In this document: positions 30,301-44,400 of the stretch, piece by piece
How the letters are laid out: the number at the start of each line of letters is the position of its first letter
How positions within the stretch are numbered: position 1 is the first letter of the stretch
DNA from: Pelomyxa schiedti
Taxonomy: Eukaryota; Protista; Evosea
Assembly (NCBI GenBank): GCA_020536535.1
Contig: JAHLWZ010000906.1
Location: 1-51,978 of the forward strand
Reading direction: 5' to 3'
Length of the DNA stretch: 51,978 nt
Program-made: the position numbers and the translations under genes
Notes under the pieces: model-generated
The model's database searches: none
What the model was told of the DNA's origin: nothing
What the model saw: only the letters and a program-made list of their open reading frames with translations

Positions 30301-33300
30301 GTCTATTATCATCGGTCATGATAACAGTGGATTTGGCGGAGCTTGGTATCTTGAAAAGGTATTCCACTACATTCCATTTTTATGCTTAATTTTTTTTCAC
30401 AAGGTTATTGTTGAAGAACATATCCCAAATGGACGAAAGTGGTTCTTCCTCTGTGGAGATTGGATTTCCAAAAAATCGGAAGGCGGATTACAGAGAGAAC
30501 TTACTGCCATTGCAGAAGATGGTCCAGCTTCAGCTCCGATGAGGCGATATCGTATCGAAGTTTGCACTGGAGATAGACGTGGTGCTGGAACGGACGCGAA
30601 TGTGTATGTTCAACTCCATGGGGAAAAGGGTGTCTCCAGAAAGAGTTTCCTTGATAAACCTGGAAACTGTTTTGAGCGGAATGATGTCGACGTGTTTGGC
30701 ATGGAGGAAGTGGACCTTGGACCTCTACATAAGTTGGTCATAGGTCATGATAATAGTGGATTTGGTGCTGCCTGGTTTTTGGATAAGGTTAGCTTGTTTT
30801 CTTGAGCCTTTTTTAACGATCCCTGACATACAACTAACTTACCACAAGGTAAATGTGACGGAAGAATCATCTGGAGCAACATGGCGTTTCTTCTGTGGTA
30901 AGTGGCTGTCAAAGGACTGTGACGACCACCTTATAGAGCGAATTCTTGAACCTCTTCCTGATGACGGATCTGCCTCACGATTAGCTTCTCTACCTCTGCG
31001 ACACTATCGTGTTACTGTAAAGACTGGTGACAGACGAGGTGCCGGAACTGATGCCAATGTCTTTGTTGAACTTGTTGGGGTGGAGGGAAGCAGTGGCCAA
31101 AGGAAGTTGGATGGAAGAGGCGATCCATTTGAAAGGAAAAAGGAGAGCCCCTTTGGAGTCGAGTGCCCAGACCTTGGAGATTTGAGAAAGCTTATAATTG
31201 GGCATGACAACAGTGGGTTCAGTGCTGGGTGGTTCCTTGACAAAGTTGTTGTGCGGGAAGAGGATGGTGACAATGTAGGAAGAGAAACCTATTTCCTATG
31301 TGGCAGGTGGCTTGCTGATAATGAAGACGACAAACAAACAGTTAGAGAAATCCCAGCGCGAACCAAAGATGGAATTGCTTGTGCACCACTTAAAAAATAC
31401 AGGATAACTACCGTTACAGGAGACCGACGTGGTGCAGGAACTGATGCAAATGTATATGTTGTGCTACATGGTACTCAGGGGAATTCAGCTCAACAATTTC
31501 TAGATGGACCAGGAAATAGATTTGAGCGCGGAAAGTCTGACGTTTTCTCCTTGGAATGCGTTGATTTGGGTGATATTACAAGCTTGACTATAGGCCATGA
31601 TAACTTTGGTGTTGGTGCCGCCTGGTTCTTGGACAAAGTTATTGTGCAAGAAGAAGCCACTGACCCCTCTACTCCCGCTCCACCTCCTCTCTTTTTCCTA
31701 TGCCGCAGATGGCTAGCCAAGGATGAGGAGGATGGTTTGATTGAGAGAAAGCTTGATGCCATCCGAGAAGATGGCGGCCCGTCTCACCCCTGGGCACACT
31801 ACATTGTAACAACTGTAACCGGGGATCGAAGGGGTGCCGGAACTGATGCCAATGTATATGTTGACATAAAAGGAGCAGATGGAAGCACAGGGCCGCGGAA
31901 ACTTGAAGGAAGTGGAAACTGTTTTGAGCGAAAGAGTGCAGACAAATTCGGGATTGAGTGTGCTTCCATAGGGGATTTGCAGTCACTTGATGTTTGGCAT
32001 GACGGGTCTGGATTTGGTTCTGCATGGTTCTTGGATAAGGTACTGACACTTTCCTTCCCAGTGATTACTCTAACTCTACTAAATAGATAATTGTCGAAGA
32101 GGAATACCCGAGATGTGGCCTACGTTGGTTTTTCTTGTGTGGCCAGTGGCTGAGCAAATCTAAGGAAGAAGACGCAACAGATTCTGAGCAACCACCTTCC
32201 CTTCGAAAGACTCTAACACCTCAGTCGATAGATGGTACGAGCTGTGCACCTCTAAAGCATTACAGGGTAACAACAGTCACTGGTGATAGAAGAGGTGCTG
32301 GAACTGATGCAAACGTTTATATTACCATCTTTGGAGAAAAAGGAACTTCCCCAAAGACATTCCTCGATGGACCAGGGAATAGATTTGAAAGAAACAGAGC
32401 AGATGAATTTGGTTTGGAGACTGCGGACTTGGGAGCCTTATCCAAGATTATCATTGGGCATGACAATGGCGGTCTTGGCCCGGCATGGTTTTTGGACAAG
32501 GTGATTATTCAAGAAATGGAAACGGGAGGCATCTGGTACTTCCTATGTGGAAAGTGGCTCTCGAAACATGATGATGACAAGTTAATTGAAAGGGAGTTAC
32601 CTGCTCTGTCCAATGATGGAGTTGCATCATTACCTTTGACACGCTACAGAGTCACCACAGTTACTGGTGACAGGAGAGGTGCTGGAACTGATGCTAATAT
32701 TTTCGTGAACTTATTTAGCACTGAGGAGGGAAAGAGCAGTGGCGAAAAGAAACTTGATGCAGCAGGAAACTGTTTTGAGAGAGCACAAAGTGATGTCTTT
32801 GGAATAGAATGCGAAAAACTAGGGGATTTGAAATCTGTGATTGTTAGAAATGATAACAGTGGCCTAGGTTCTGCTTGGTTCCTGGAGAAGGTATTGGGTA
32901 CCTAATCTTCTTTTTCTTGAAGTCTCAATATGCCTACAGATTATCATTGAAGAAGATGTAGCTAATGGGAAAAAATGGTTCTTCTTATGTGGCGATTGGC
33001 TGTCTAGGGATACTGAACTACAAAGAGAGTTACCTGCTATTAGTCATGACGGGCCAGGATCTCCTCCTTTAAGGAGATATCGCATTGCAGTTCACACGGG
33101 AGATAGACGTGGTGCTGGTACTGATGCAAACGTCTATGCAATTTTACATGGTGACAGGGGTGTTTCCAAGAAATATGCTTTGGAAGGTCCAGGAAACTGC
33201 TTTGAGAGAAAGAATGTTGATATATTTGGTGTGGAGGCAGTAGATTTGGGACCTCTGAGAAAACTTGTTATTGGTCATGATGGTGCTGGCTTTGGGTCGG

Positions 33301-36300
33301 CTTGGTTCCTGGATAAGGTTTGTTCCAAAGGCCAAAACTGGGCAGAATAAAATAAAAATAGGTTGTAATCACTGAAGAAAGCTCTGGCGCCATTTGGACC
33401 TTCCTCTGTGGGAAATGGTTATCCAAGCAATGTGAAGACCACTTGCTGGAACGAGAACTTGAGCCTCTACCTGACTCTGCTGCTGATGCTCGGTCATGTC
33501 TCCCTCTGCGACGTTATCATCTCACTGTCAAGACTGGAGACAGAAGAGGTGCTGCCACAAACGCCAACGTGTTTGTGGAGCTTTGTGGTGCACTGGGTAC
33601 TAGTGGGCAAAGGCCTCTTGATGGTGCTGACGACCCATTTGCACGAGGGAAGGATAGTGAGTTTGGTATTGAATGCCCTGATGTTGGAGAGCTTCGGAAA
33701 TTAATAGTTGGGCATGATAATAGCGGCATTGGAGCTGGCTGGTTCCTTGACAAAGTGATAGTAAGAGAGGAAGATGGTGAAAGAGCAGGGAAGGAAGTTT
33801 ACTTCCTCTGTGGCAGATGGTTGGATGACAGTCAGGATGACAAACAAATCGTACGAGAATTACCCGCAAGGACACAGGATGGAGCAACTTGCGCACCTCT
33901 AAAGAGGTATAGAGTGACAACAATAACAGGGAATAGGCGCGGGGCAGGAACTGATGCCAATGTTTATGTTATTATACATGGCACTGGTGGCGATTCTTGC
34001 AAGCAAATCCTAGATGGACCTGGAAACAGATTCGAGCGTGGGAAGACGGACTTATTTGCGGTGGAGTCTGTGGATTTAGGGGAACTGAAGAGCGTTACAA
34101 TTGGACATGATGGAAGTGGGATTGGGAGTGCCTGGTTCCTTGAAAAAGTAATCGTTCAGGAGGAGTCTGTGTCAGCAGTCGACGGCTCAGTGGCAGGAAA
34201 ACCTCCAATGTTCTTCATGTGTGGGAGATGGTTAGGCTCAGATGAAGAGGATGGGGCCACTGAAAGAACCCTCACAGGTTCAAGTGAGGACGGGTGTTGC
34301 TCATCTGATTGGGTTCGTTACATCATAACTACCGTTACTGGTGACAGGAGAGGTGCTGGGACTGATGCCAACGTTTTCATAGACATACGTGGCAAGACAG
34401 CAAAAACAGGGCAGAGGAAGCTTGAGGGAAGCGGAAATTGCTTTGAAAGAAAGGCCAAAGATAACTTCTCTGTTGAGTGCTCCGACCTTGGCGAATTGGT
34501 AGACCTGGATATTTGGCATGATGACTCTGGCATCGGCGCATCCTGGTTCCTTGATAAGGTTTCCTTTTCTCCCCATGTAAAAATGTACTTACAGTTTTGC
34601 GGTAGGTAATTGTTCAAGAGGATCGTCCTACAGGGCGTCAATGGTACTTCTTATGTGGACAGTGGCTCAGTAAGGAGGTAGTCGAAGAGACAGATCACCA
34701 ACCCCCTTCTCTTAAGAGAACTCTTACTGCATCTCAATTTGATGGTGTCAGTTGTGCAGCTCTTAAGCATTACAGGGTGACTACAATTACTGGAGATAGG
34801 AGAGGAGCTGGAACCGATGCAAACGTTTATATCATTATGTTTGGTGATAAGGGTGCCTCACCAAAATCACAACTTGATGGACCAGGGAACAGGTTTGAGA
34901 GAGGCAGAGCGGACGAATTTGGACTGGAATGCATAGATTTGGGTAGTTTGACAAAGATTGTAATAGGGCATGATAACAGTGGTTTTGGTGCATCCTGGTT
35001 CCTCGACAAAGTGGTCATAAAAGAAGAGGAATCAGGTTCAACATGGTACTTCTTATGTGGAAAATGGCTTTCAAAACACGAAGAAGACAAATTGATAGAA
35101 AGAGAACTTGATGCACTTACTGCAGACGGAGTTGCGTCACTACCTTTAATGAGATACCGAGTCACAACAGTCACTGGTGACAGGAGAGGTGCTGGAACTG
35201 ATGCTAATATTTTTGTTACCCTTGTTGATGAGGAGGGAAAGAGCAGTGAGGAGAAGAAGCTTGATGCAGCAGGAAATTGTTTCGAGAGAGGAAATAGTGA
35301 TGTGTTTGGAGTAGAATGTGAAAAATTAGGGGCACTCAAGTCATTAACTGTAAGAAATGACAACAGCGGACTTGGTTCTGCTTGGTTCTTGGAGAAGGTT
35401 CTCCTCTTTCTTCAATTACTTCGTGAATAATTGCATCATAGATAATCGTTGAAGAAGATATTCCAAATGGGCATAAATGGTTCTTCTTATGTGGTGATTG
35501 GCTTTCCCGAGATACTGCACTACAACGTGAACTAGCTGCTGTAGCACAAGACGGTGTTGCTTCTGTACCTGTAAGGCGTTACCGTATAGAAGTTCAGACT
35601 GGAGATAGACGTGGTGCTGGTACTGACGCAAATGTCTATGCAATTTTGCATGGAGAAAAGGGTGTCTCTCGCAAATTCTCACTGGATGGGCCAGGGAACT
35701 CTTTTGAAAGAAGACAGGTGGCAACTTTTGGTGTTGAATCACCTGACGTAGGAGCTTTAACCAAACTTGTAATTGGACATGATGGCTCTGGAATTGGATC
35801 TGACTGGTTTTTGGAGAAGGTTTCATTTTCACCAAGTTGATTTGTTTTCAACTACTTGCACAGGTATCAGTAACTGAAGAGAGCTCAAGGGCGACATGGT
35901 ATTTCCTTTGTGGCAAGTGGTTGTCCAAAGACTCTGAAGATCACTTACTTGAGAGGGAACTTCTACCTGAACCAGATTCAGGTGCTGCTGCCAAACTAGC
36001 ATCACTTCCTTTACGCCACTACCGCATTCTTATACACACTGGAGATCGCAGAGGAGCAGGAACAGAGGCGACTGTGTTTGTAGAACTGATTGGGTCCATT
36101 GGTTCCAGTGGGCAAAGAAAGTTGGATGGAGCTGGAGATGCCTTTGCAAGGAACAAGGACAGTGTATTTGGAATCGAGTGCCCTGATGTTGGAGAGCTTA
36201 AGAAACTGATTATTGGGCATGACAATAGTGGCCTCAGTGCGGGCTGGTTCCTTGACAAAGTGGTTGTTAAGGAAGAGGATGGTGATAGAGCTGGAAAGGA

Positions 36301-39300
36301 CACGTTCTTCTTGTGTGGTAGGTGGCTTGCTGACGATGAAGATGACAAACAAATTATACGAGAACTACCAGCCAGAAACGAGGATGGAGTCTCCTGCGCT
36401 CCTCTGAAGAAATACCAAGTAACTACAGTTACTGGGAAGAGACGTGGTGCAGGAACAGATGCAAACGTTTACGTTATCATTCACGGATCACTTGGGGACT
36501 CAGCGAAGCAATTTTTGGATGGACCTGGGAACAGGTTTGAGAGAGGTCAAAGAGATGTGTTCCTGGTGGAATGTGTGGACCTGGGGGTGCTAAACAGTGT
36601 TACCATTGGTCACGATGGAAGTGGACTTGGGAGTTCATGGTTCTTAGATGAGGTTATTGTTCAAGAAGAGCTATCTGCCAAAGGGGACTCTGCTGCTGTT
36701 GCCACCCCACCCGCTCCTGTTTATTTCATGTGTGGAAGATGGTTGGCAAAAGATGAGGAAGACCACGCAATAGAGAGGACACTTACAGCGGTACTGAAGG
36801 AAGGAACTGGTCCTGGTGCCTGGGTGCGTTATATTGTAACGACCCGAACAGGGGACAGAAAGGGAGCAGGCACTGACGCCAATGTATTCGTCGATATCCG
36901 TGGCGCAACTGGAAGCACGGGACAAAAGCAACTGACTGGAAAAGGAGACTGCTTCGAGCGAAAATGTGAAGCCAAGTTCGGTATTGAGTGTGAATCTTTG
37001 GGAGATCTTGTTTCCCTTGACATCTGGCATGATGGTTCTGGGTTTGGGTCAGCCTGGTTCCTTGATAAGGTATTTTCTCCGAATAAATAGGCGTTCCACT
37101 TACTGGGATAAAGGTCATCGTTGAGGAGGATGTTCCAGCAGATGGCAGAAAGTGGTTCTTCCTATGTGGGAAGTGGCTGAGCAAATCTTCCATGGATCCT
37201 TCAGATCCCTCTCCTTCAATTAGGAAAACTCTTGTACCTCAAATGCGTGATGGTGAAAGTTGTCCACCACTCAAGCGCTACAGCATTTCTGTAAAGACTG
37301 GTGATAGAAGAGGCGCTGGAACTGACGCCAATGTTTACATCATTCTACATGGAGAGAAGGGAATTTCTGCCAAGAATTTCCTTACAGGGCCAGGAAACAA
37401 GTTTGAGAGGGGTAGAACTGACGAGTTCGGCATGGAATGTGTGGATTTGGGCACTCTGACTAAGATTACAATTGGCCATGATAATAGTGGGATTGGAGCC
37501 TCATGGTACTTGGAGAAGGTGGTTGTGAAGGAAACAGAGGGAGCATCAGCCTGGTTTTTCTTGTGTGGAAAGTGGCTGTCAAAGCATCAGGATGGTGGTT
37601 TGATTGAGAGAGAGCTTCCTGCACTTTCCACTGATGGTGTTGCAGCCTTGCCTTGGGTGCAGTACAAGGTAACAACTGTGACCGGAAATAGGAAGGGTGC
37701 TGGCACTGATGCAAACGTTTTTGTGAATATCGTGGGAGAAGATGAAAAATCTACCGGGAACAAGAAACTAGAGGGTTCAGGGAACTGTTTTGAGAGAGGT
37801 CAATCAGACTCATTCAGCATCGAGTGTGAGAAACTTGGCGAGCTGAAGTCTCTCAAAATATGGCATGACAACTTTGGAATAGGAGCTGACTGGTTCCTGG
37901 AAAAGGTAATTTGTTTCTCTCTGCATTCCTCTAAATGTGCTATCAGGTGATTGTAGAAGAACTGGCCGCAGGAAAAGCTTGGTACTTCTTGTGCAACAAG
38001 TGGCTCAATAAATCCGAGGGTCTCTCTCGTGATCTGACTCCCATTGCCCACGATGTTTCTACTGATTGCCCACTTCGTCACTACCGAGTTGATGTAAAAA
38101 CGGGTGATAGGCGCGGTGCTGGGACTGATGCAGGTGTCTATGTGATTTTACATGGGCAAAAAGGAGTATCAGAGAAACACAGTCTTGACGGTGGAGCCTT
38201 TGAGCGAAACAAAGAGGACACTTTTGGGTTTGAGGAAGCAGAATTAGGTACTTTAACTAAGCTGGTCATTGGACATGATAACAGTGGATTTGGGGCTTCC
38301 TGGTTCCTCGAGAAGGTATTTTATCTTTATCACTGTTCCTCCAGTAATATGAATGAAGGTGAGGGTTGTTGAAGAAGAATCCGGCACTGTTGCGAACTTC
38401 CTGTGTGGCAAATGGCTAGCCAAAGACATGGAAGATAACCTTATTGAACGAGAACTTTTACCCAGTGCAACCGACGGGGACGCCTCTGCCCCGCTCCGCA
38501 TGTATCGCATCAATGTATTCACTGGTGATAGGCGTGGTGCGGGGACTGATGCCCGCGTATCAATAACTCTGTTTGGTGCGAGTGGGAATAGTGGAGAAAA
38601 GGTGTTGGAGGGGAAAGGTAATTTGTTTCTCTCTGCATTCCTCTAAATGTGCTATCAGGTGATTGTAGAAGAACTGGCCGCAGGAAAAGCTTGGTTTTTC
38701 TTGTGTGGAAAGTGGCTGTCAAAGCATCAGGATGGTGGTTTGATTGAGAGAGAGCTTCCTGCACTTTCCACTGATGGTGTTGCAGCCTTGCCTTGGGTGC
38801 AGTACAAGGTAACAACTGTGACCGGAAATAGGAAGGGTGCTGGCACTGATGCAAACGTTTTTGTGAATATCGTGGGAGAAGATGAAAAATCTACCGGGAA
38901 CAAGAAACTAGAGGGTTCAGGGAACTGTTTTGAGAGAGGTCAATCAGACTCATTCAGCATCGAGTGTGAGAAACTTGGCGAGCTGAAGTCTCTCAAAATA
39001 TGGCATGACAACTTTGGAATAGGAGCTGACTGGTTCCTGGAAAAGGTAATTTGTTTCTCTCTGCATTCCTCTAAATGTGCTATCAGGTGATTGTAGAAGA
39101 ACTGGCCGCAGGAAAAGCTTGGTACTTCTTGTGCAACAAGTGGCTCAATAAATCCGAGGGTCTCTCTCGTGATCTGACTCCCATTGCCCACGATGTTTCT
39201 ACTGATTGCCCACTTCGTCACTACCGAGTTGATGTAAAAACGGGTGATAGGCGCGGTGCTGGGACTGATGCAGGTGTCTATGTGATTTTACATGGGCAAA

Positions 39301-41373
39301 AAGGAGTATCAGAGAAACACAGTCTTGACGGTGGAGCCTTTGAGCGAAACAAAGAGGACACTTTTGGGTTTGAGGAAGCAGAATTAGGTCCTTTAACTAA
39401 GCTGGTCATTGGGCATGATAACAGTGGATTTGGGGCTTCCTGGTTCCTCGAGAAGGTATTTTATCTTTATCGCTGTTCCTCCAGTAATATGAATGAAGGT
39501 GAGGGTTGTTGAAGAAGAATCCGGCATTGTTGCAAATTTCCTGTGTGGCAAATGGCTAGCCAAAGACATGGAAGATAACCTTATTGAAAGAGAACTTTTA
39601 CCCAGTGCAACCGACGGGGACGCCTCTGCCCCGCTCCGCATGTATCGCATCAATGTATTCACTGGTGATCGGCGTGGTGCTGGGACTGATGCCCGCGTAT
39701 CAATAACGCTGTTTGGTGCGAGTGGGAATAGTGGAGAAAAGGTGTTGGAGGGGAAAGGTAACCCATTCCAGCGCAAGTCACAAGCCAGTTTTGGGATTGA
39801 GTGCCCTGATATAGGTGACTTGCAGAAGATAACCATTGGTCATGACAATAGTGGCATCAACTCAGCTTGGTTCCTTGACAAAGTTGCTGTCAAAGAGGAG
39901 AGGAAAGGCGGCAAAGAATGGTTCTTTCTCTGTGGTAAGTGGCTTGCCAAAGGGGAAGATGATGGACTCACTACGCGCGAACTCCTTGCAAGTTCTAAAG
40001 ATGGTGTTGCTTCACTGCCAATGAAACGATACGCAATTAAAGTTCACACTGGTAATATCCGCGGCGCCGGAACTGATGCCAGGGTGTACATCACACTGAT
40101 TGGAAACAAGGGTGTATCTGAGAGACAATTCTTGGATGGCCCCTCTGGTTCTTTTGAAAAGAACAAGACAGATACATTCGGGATTGAGTCTGTGGACCTT
40201 GGTGACCTCTCCCGCGTTGTGATTGGCCATGACAACACCGGGTTTGGCGCTGCCTGGTATCTGGATAAGGTGACAGTCTCAGAGGAAGAGTCGGCTGATA
40301 ATCCCCATCCACACAAGTGGACTTTCATTTGTGGAAGATGGCTGGCTACCAATGAGGATGACCACAGAATAGAGCGAGAACTGACAGTTTCTGTAGGCCC
40401 ACCACCTCCAGGTTCTGCTGGGTGGTGCCGGTACATACTGGAATTCTACACTTCAAAACTGAGGGGTGCCGGAACTGATTCAAATGTCTTTGTGATTATA
40501 TTCGGTGCCAACTCTAACACCGGAAGGCACGTAATGCCTGCTCGGCGCAAGTCCTTTGAGAAAGGAAGTGTGGATACTTTTGGAATTGAGGCACCTGATG
40601 TTGGTCCAGTAACTAAAATTACTGTCGGGCACGACGGGAAGGGATTCAATTCAGGTACTTTTACCTAACTACACTATACAAAACACAACAATTATAAATT
40701 CACATTCTTTCCAGGTTGGCACCTTGAGAAGGTAATTATTTCTAAGGAAGGAGCACCTGACAAGTGGTTCTTCACAGTCAATAAGTGGTTCGATGTCTCT
40801 GAGGGTGACCACCTCACAGTCCGTGACGTCATCGCCTCCACAGCCGATGGAACTCCCACAATTCCGATGGTCCCCTACAAGATCGTGGTTGTTACCGGCA
40901 CAGAAAAGCACGCCGGGACAAATGCCAACGTATGTTGCGAGTTGATTTCCGCTACGGGCGTCACAAGCGGAGCACTACCGCTTCAGAATAAACGAGGATT
41001 CAACACAGGCGAGGAAGTTGACTTTGGGTTTGAGCTCCCTCACCTCGGAGAATTGACTTCACTCAAAATATGGCATGACAACCATGTGTGCCCCTGTTCT
41101 CCGTTATTCTCTTCTTATTATTAGGAGACTAATGGCACTAAACATGCCGACACTTTCCTAATTTTTAGAATACCTTCACTAATGGTTTTCTATTTGTAGG
41201 GGCTGAGTGCCGGCTGGTACCTAGAAAGTATAACAGTGTCAACAGACACAAAGGAGTGGTTCTTCCCGTGCAACAAATGGCTTGACAAGAAAAAGATGGA
41301 TGGGGCAATATCACGTGTACTTGTACCAGGGCCCAAGCCCAATCCTCTTACTACTAGTACATCCAGAAGTTGA
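27304..41373 (+). CDS. C2 domain + Thr/Ala-rich linker + ~30 PLAT/LH2 domains (LOXHD1-like architecture)
   Basis: C2: probable first exon MSKAGVGTLLLTVQSAWDLK at 27304, then GSSDPYVVI..KTRVIPKTVTPVWNQDF..DSDVFFDDTIG. The motif Y-x5-TGDRRGAGTDANV..IGHDNSG.G..WFLDKV is seen 30 times (3 within the duplication, one truncated), plus one degenerate PLAT near 28500. Stop at 41371-41373. The 5' exon junction is uncertain, and the frame is perturbed at the duplication junction. Confidence 0.9.
37552..39761 (+). repeat. Tandem 1070-bp duplication (37552-38621 and 38692-39761) with a 70-bp templated insert at the junction
   Basis: Offset is 1140. The first ~700 bp are identical and I count 10 substitutions in the last ~370 bp. 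Insert 38622-38691 copies ~37912-37981. Confidence 0.95.
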
Positions 41374-41455
41374 GCACTCAACGAAAACAAAATTTTGTAG
41401 AGCCACAAACGTGTAGAACAAATAGAAAAATATGAAGAAACCATATTATTACCTT

Positions 41456-44400
41456 TTATTGGTTAAAATATTGTCCTTTAGCCTGGAGATGACAATTAGC
41501 ACCACAGACTAAAGCCGCAGGAATGGTAAAGTAAAGTACTTGGAATTACACTAGGTAAGCATTAGCATGTTCGTTCATGGACCAGAACATAGTAGCGGAA
41601 GTAACACAGGCCTCTGCTGGACGTATTGAGGACTTTAGGGTTCCTTTGTGAACCAGCACAAGGTCACCTTTGATAAGATACCAGGCTCCGCCGCAACTGG
41701 GTGTCGATTAAGGATTGAATAATAGTATGATTTTTTGGAATGTAATTGAGAATAATGTGAGAGGTTCGAGGAAAGGGCTGTTTACGTTGCAATGAACAGC
41801 GGGATGACAGTAGCAAGGGGCATTAGGTATACATCACTGTAACCGCAGCCCGGAAGGCTGAGTTTGCCTTTTTCATCACCTTGATAGGTTAGTGAGTGAT
41901 ATTTCTGGGAGAGGGTTTAAACCTGTTGCAGTGTCCACTGCAATAACATAACCTCCGGTTCCAACAAATAGTGTGCCTGGAATGCGGGGACAAATTGCAA
42001 GACTCACATACAAAAATGCGGGGAGAGCGAGTGTAATACTCCACCTTTTCTCCAGTGTTTTGTTGGTTAGAGCTTTTACCTTTTGGTTTCTTATCCAAAG
42101 AAAATACAAAAGGAGCAAACCTTTGGATTGATTCTTGACGCATACCCAACAAACAACTGATTTGTATCTGTTGGGTGTTGCAACTGATTTACAAGGTAGG
42201 GGGTTTTGAATTTCGTTACAGCAGCGGCGGATGGGGCAGCTGAAAAATCCGTAATTGGAATCAAACATATTTTACTGCAATATCAGTTAGTGATACAGGA
42301 CACTTATTTTTTCTGGTACCCAGGAACAGAAGCATATACCAATGAATCCTGTTGTACATTAAGACAGACGGGACAGCTTACTGCAGTCTCAAGGAAAACC
42401 GTTGTCTGGGGAATGTTGATGTAACATAACGTGAGAGTCTTCTTACTTTTATCAACCCTGTTTTTATATCCAGAATATAAACATGACTCACTCCAGCAGC
42501 ATAGACAATGGTGCTGGTCACTATCATGTGGACAATAAATGTGAAGGCACCCCTGTCAGGCAGTTGGGTTGACCAGACTTTTTCCCCATTGTTCTATACA
42601 ACGTTAACAAAACAGTAAGTATCTTTAGGTGGGTCATTCAACCTTAGAAACACATAATACATGTTTATTCCCACCAACGAAAAGCGAACTAGAAAATAGT
42701 TAGTGCACCAGCCAATCAACTCGAATCGCACTTTTCCATCAGCTTGAGTGACAGGCAAGGTGTCCTTTCCTGTTCAGGATATGTTTTTATCCATTTCATT
42801 TTCCCATCATTGCCATCAATTGAATGCAAGGAGCCATAGCAAAGGGCGTACAGAATATCGGTAGAGAGATCAAATACCATAGTCACGGCTGCCTTGGCTA
42901 ATAGTTTGTGACCTTTCTTTTCAAGCGCTGCAGTCCAGCAGAGAGTCACAGGGTTTTCAGGCTGATAGTTGCATTTATAGGCATAAACAAATTTTCCACG
43001 TCCAATAAAGAAGAAGCTGTTCTCTATGTAGAGTGTAAGTACCTTGACAAGATAGATAGGGTATAACTTTCACTGCTAGGTGTAAGGGGTGTTGGAACAG
43101 TAGACTCGATAGTGGCAGATGACAACTACTGAAGGTGAATAATTGTTTTTTGTGAAAAGGTAACTACAAAGGTGGGATCAATCTCACTCAAAAGTGTTTC
43201 CAAGGTCGTACAAATAGAACTAAATGGTGGCCTTGTATCAGGCTCCCCAGACCAGCAAGTTCTGTTTGACAGTCATCAATGTTATTGACCGAAACTTTTT
43301 ACTGCAAAAGTTCAGCAAGAGCTGGCAACATGTCGGTGGGAATGGCAGGTCTCTCACCATTGCTCACCATTACTAATTTATATAAAGGAGGAATTAAACT
43401 AGGTTCTGCATACCGGGTATCCTGAAGCTTGATGCATTTTCATAGGGTTCCTTCTGAGTTAACACCTCCCAAAATACTACTCGCATTTAGAAATTAATGG
43501 CTTATGTGAATGTAGGAGAACATATGGCAAAAGAGTATACATCTATGGCTTGTGTGTAGTGGTCACTTTTAAAAAGTTCAGGAGCCATGTAACAAACTAT
43601 GGAGAAGGGTTTTGTGGCATGAAAAGGAGAAAAAACTCCAACCTGTCCCTACTTGTTTTGTCATTCCTTTATCAACATCAATAACTCTGCTTGTCCCGAA
43701 ATCTGCAAGATGCTTAGAGGTTACAGTGAAGAGCTTATGCAAACCAATGATTTTCACTTTGAAATCGTCTGACAACTTCCAGTGGTTGAGAATGAATTAA
43801 AGTTTCAAATAAAGTTTTACATACAAGGACATTGTGTCTTTAGAAATTATTTTTGTTAATAAATGGACATAGGGGCAGGGTGACAAACGGTTTCAAGTCT
43901 CGATGAATAATCTCCAAGTTATGCAGATAAGACATTCCCCTGGCAACACAGAGCCCAATATATAACTTCAAAGACAGTGGAAGAATTTCTGCGAGCTGAT
44001 GAATAGGCAAATACCAAACACACGAATAGTTCCTCACGTTTTTTAATCAAAGCTGAAAGACTGTTTTAACTATTAGATTTAAGTCCCTTTAATGAAATGT
44101 ACCTATTAGGCATAAGCTCAGTGACGAGGAACAATTTATCTGTATCCTGCGTGCATGCACCTACACAACCAAGAAGATAAGGACAGTCCAATACACTGTA
44201 AAAGGAGGCCAGAGGAGATGATAAATGGTAAAGTCGGCTAAGTGGAAACCGGGATACCTCATCAGAGTAATCTCTCTGCGAAATTCTTTGGGATCCCACC
44301 CCATGTTGTCTGGGCCATATTTCTTCACAGCCACAGTTCGACCATCAACAACGCCACTATAGTGAGTCAGGAATATTCAATTACTCGGTAAATGCACTCT

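Noticed and set aside
23430-41200. Regularly recurring ~30-40-nt motifs (actggtgacaggagaggtgctggaactgatgc; tgtggcgtctgtggtgg) as a CRISPR-like array
   Set aside because: The repeats vary at synonymous positions and encode PLAT or Cys-rich protein motifs; the spacers are coding.
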